NCBI RefSeq assembly: GCF_000485595.1
Contig: NW_014577065.1
Coordinates: 374,421 to 432,364, forward strand
Source: Priapulus caudatus
Taxonomy: Eukaryota
Length of the DNA stretch: 57,944 nt
Direction: 5' to 3'
Notes under the pieces: model-generated
What the model was told of the DNA's origin: nothing
Database searches by the model: none
The model's input: only the letters and a program-made list of their open reading frames with translations
Shown: in pieces, positions 57,401-57,944 of the stretch
Position numbering within the stretch: the stretch's first letter is position 1
How the letters are laid out: each line of letters opens with the position of its first letter
Program-made: the position numbers and the translations under genes

Positions 57401-57602
57401 ACACCATATAACATCAAAACATGTAGTGACCCCTCGATAGGCCACAATGGAGTTAAGGCAACACCTATCCTTCTAGTTAAAATGAACTACTGACTCGCAT
57501 AAGAATGCAGTTTCCCTTAGAATTTACCCTTCAGATGTTGTACATATAATTGTATACGACCAGCTATTCAGTACATGTTGTGTTCTTAGAATACAAATAA
57601 AC

Positions 57603-57892
57603 TCTTCCTCCTCCCTCTCTCTCTCCTCCTCTCTCTGTCTCTCCCCCTCCCTCTCTCTCTGTCTCTCCTCCTCCCTCGCTCTCTCTCTCTGTCTCTCCTC
57701 CTCCCTCTCTCTCTCTCTCTGTCTCTCCACCTCCTCCCTCTCTCGCTCTCTGTCTCTCCTCTTCTCTCCTCCTCCCTCTCTATCTCTGTCTCTCCTCCTC
57801 CCTTCTATCCCTCTCTCCTTCTCTTATATATCTCACCCGCCTCCTGTGCCGTCTTCCTTCCTTCCTCTCCCGCTATGTCTCCCTCTCCTCCT
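57603..57892. repeat. CT-rich low-complexity/microsatellite tract
   Basis: Seen directly. Confidence 0.95.
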
Positions 57893-57944
57893 GTGTTGTG
57901 GTGTAGCTATTTGTTTTCCTTGGTAGGTGCCTTCGGTGTCTGGT

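Noticed and set aside
57524..57730. 68-aa E/R-rich ORF on the minus strand
   Set aside because: Translation of a CT-rich simple repeat.

Overview
Eukaryotic, AT-rich, intron-dense animal genomic DNA, probably from a marine invertebrate (taxon is a guess). Most of the window (about 5.5-50.4 kb, + strand) is one gene, WDFY3/ALFY/blue cheese (ARM-like N-terminus, PH-BEACH, WD40, FYVE). I traced 60 coding exons by hand with phase-compatible splice sites, about 10.6 kb CDS and about 3,537 aa. The 5' end of the gene appears three times: a clean copy of exons 2-4 (1-1826), an indel-rich copy in place, and an indel-rich copy of exons 1-8 (12629-17990) ending at an N-gap. This is most likely assembly or haplotype redundancy from unpolished long reads. 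The introns and the 3' flank carry several MITEs (hAT-like, Tc1/pogo-like, a long fold-back element), a Penelope-type hammerhead-like remnant, microsatellites, a mirror-image array of ~185-bp repeats and a decayed THAP-HTH-DDE (ISL2EU/Harbinger-type) transposase. I found no new multi-gene system. The best leads are a 46-bp minisatellite that multiplies a splice acceptor, a ~100-bp module shared by MITEs of two superfamilies, 6-bp-TSD hAT-like MITEs, a MITE-made poison acceptor, apparent loss of the canonical ALFY LIR, and a candidate cassette exon.
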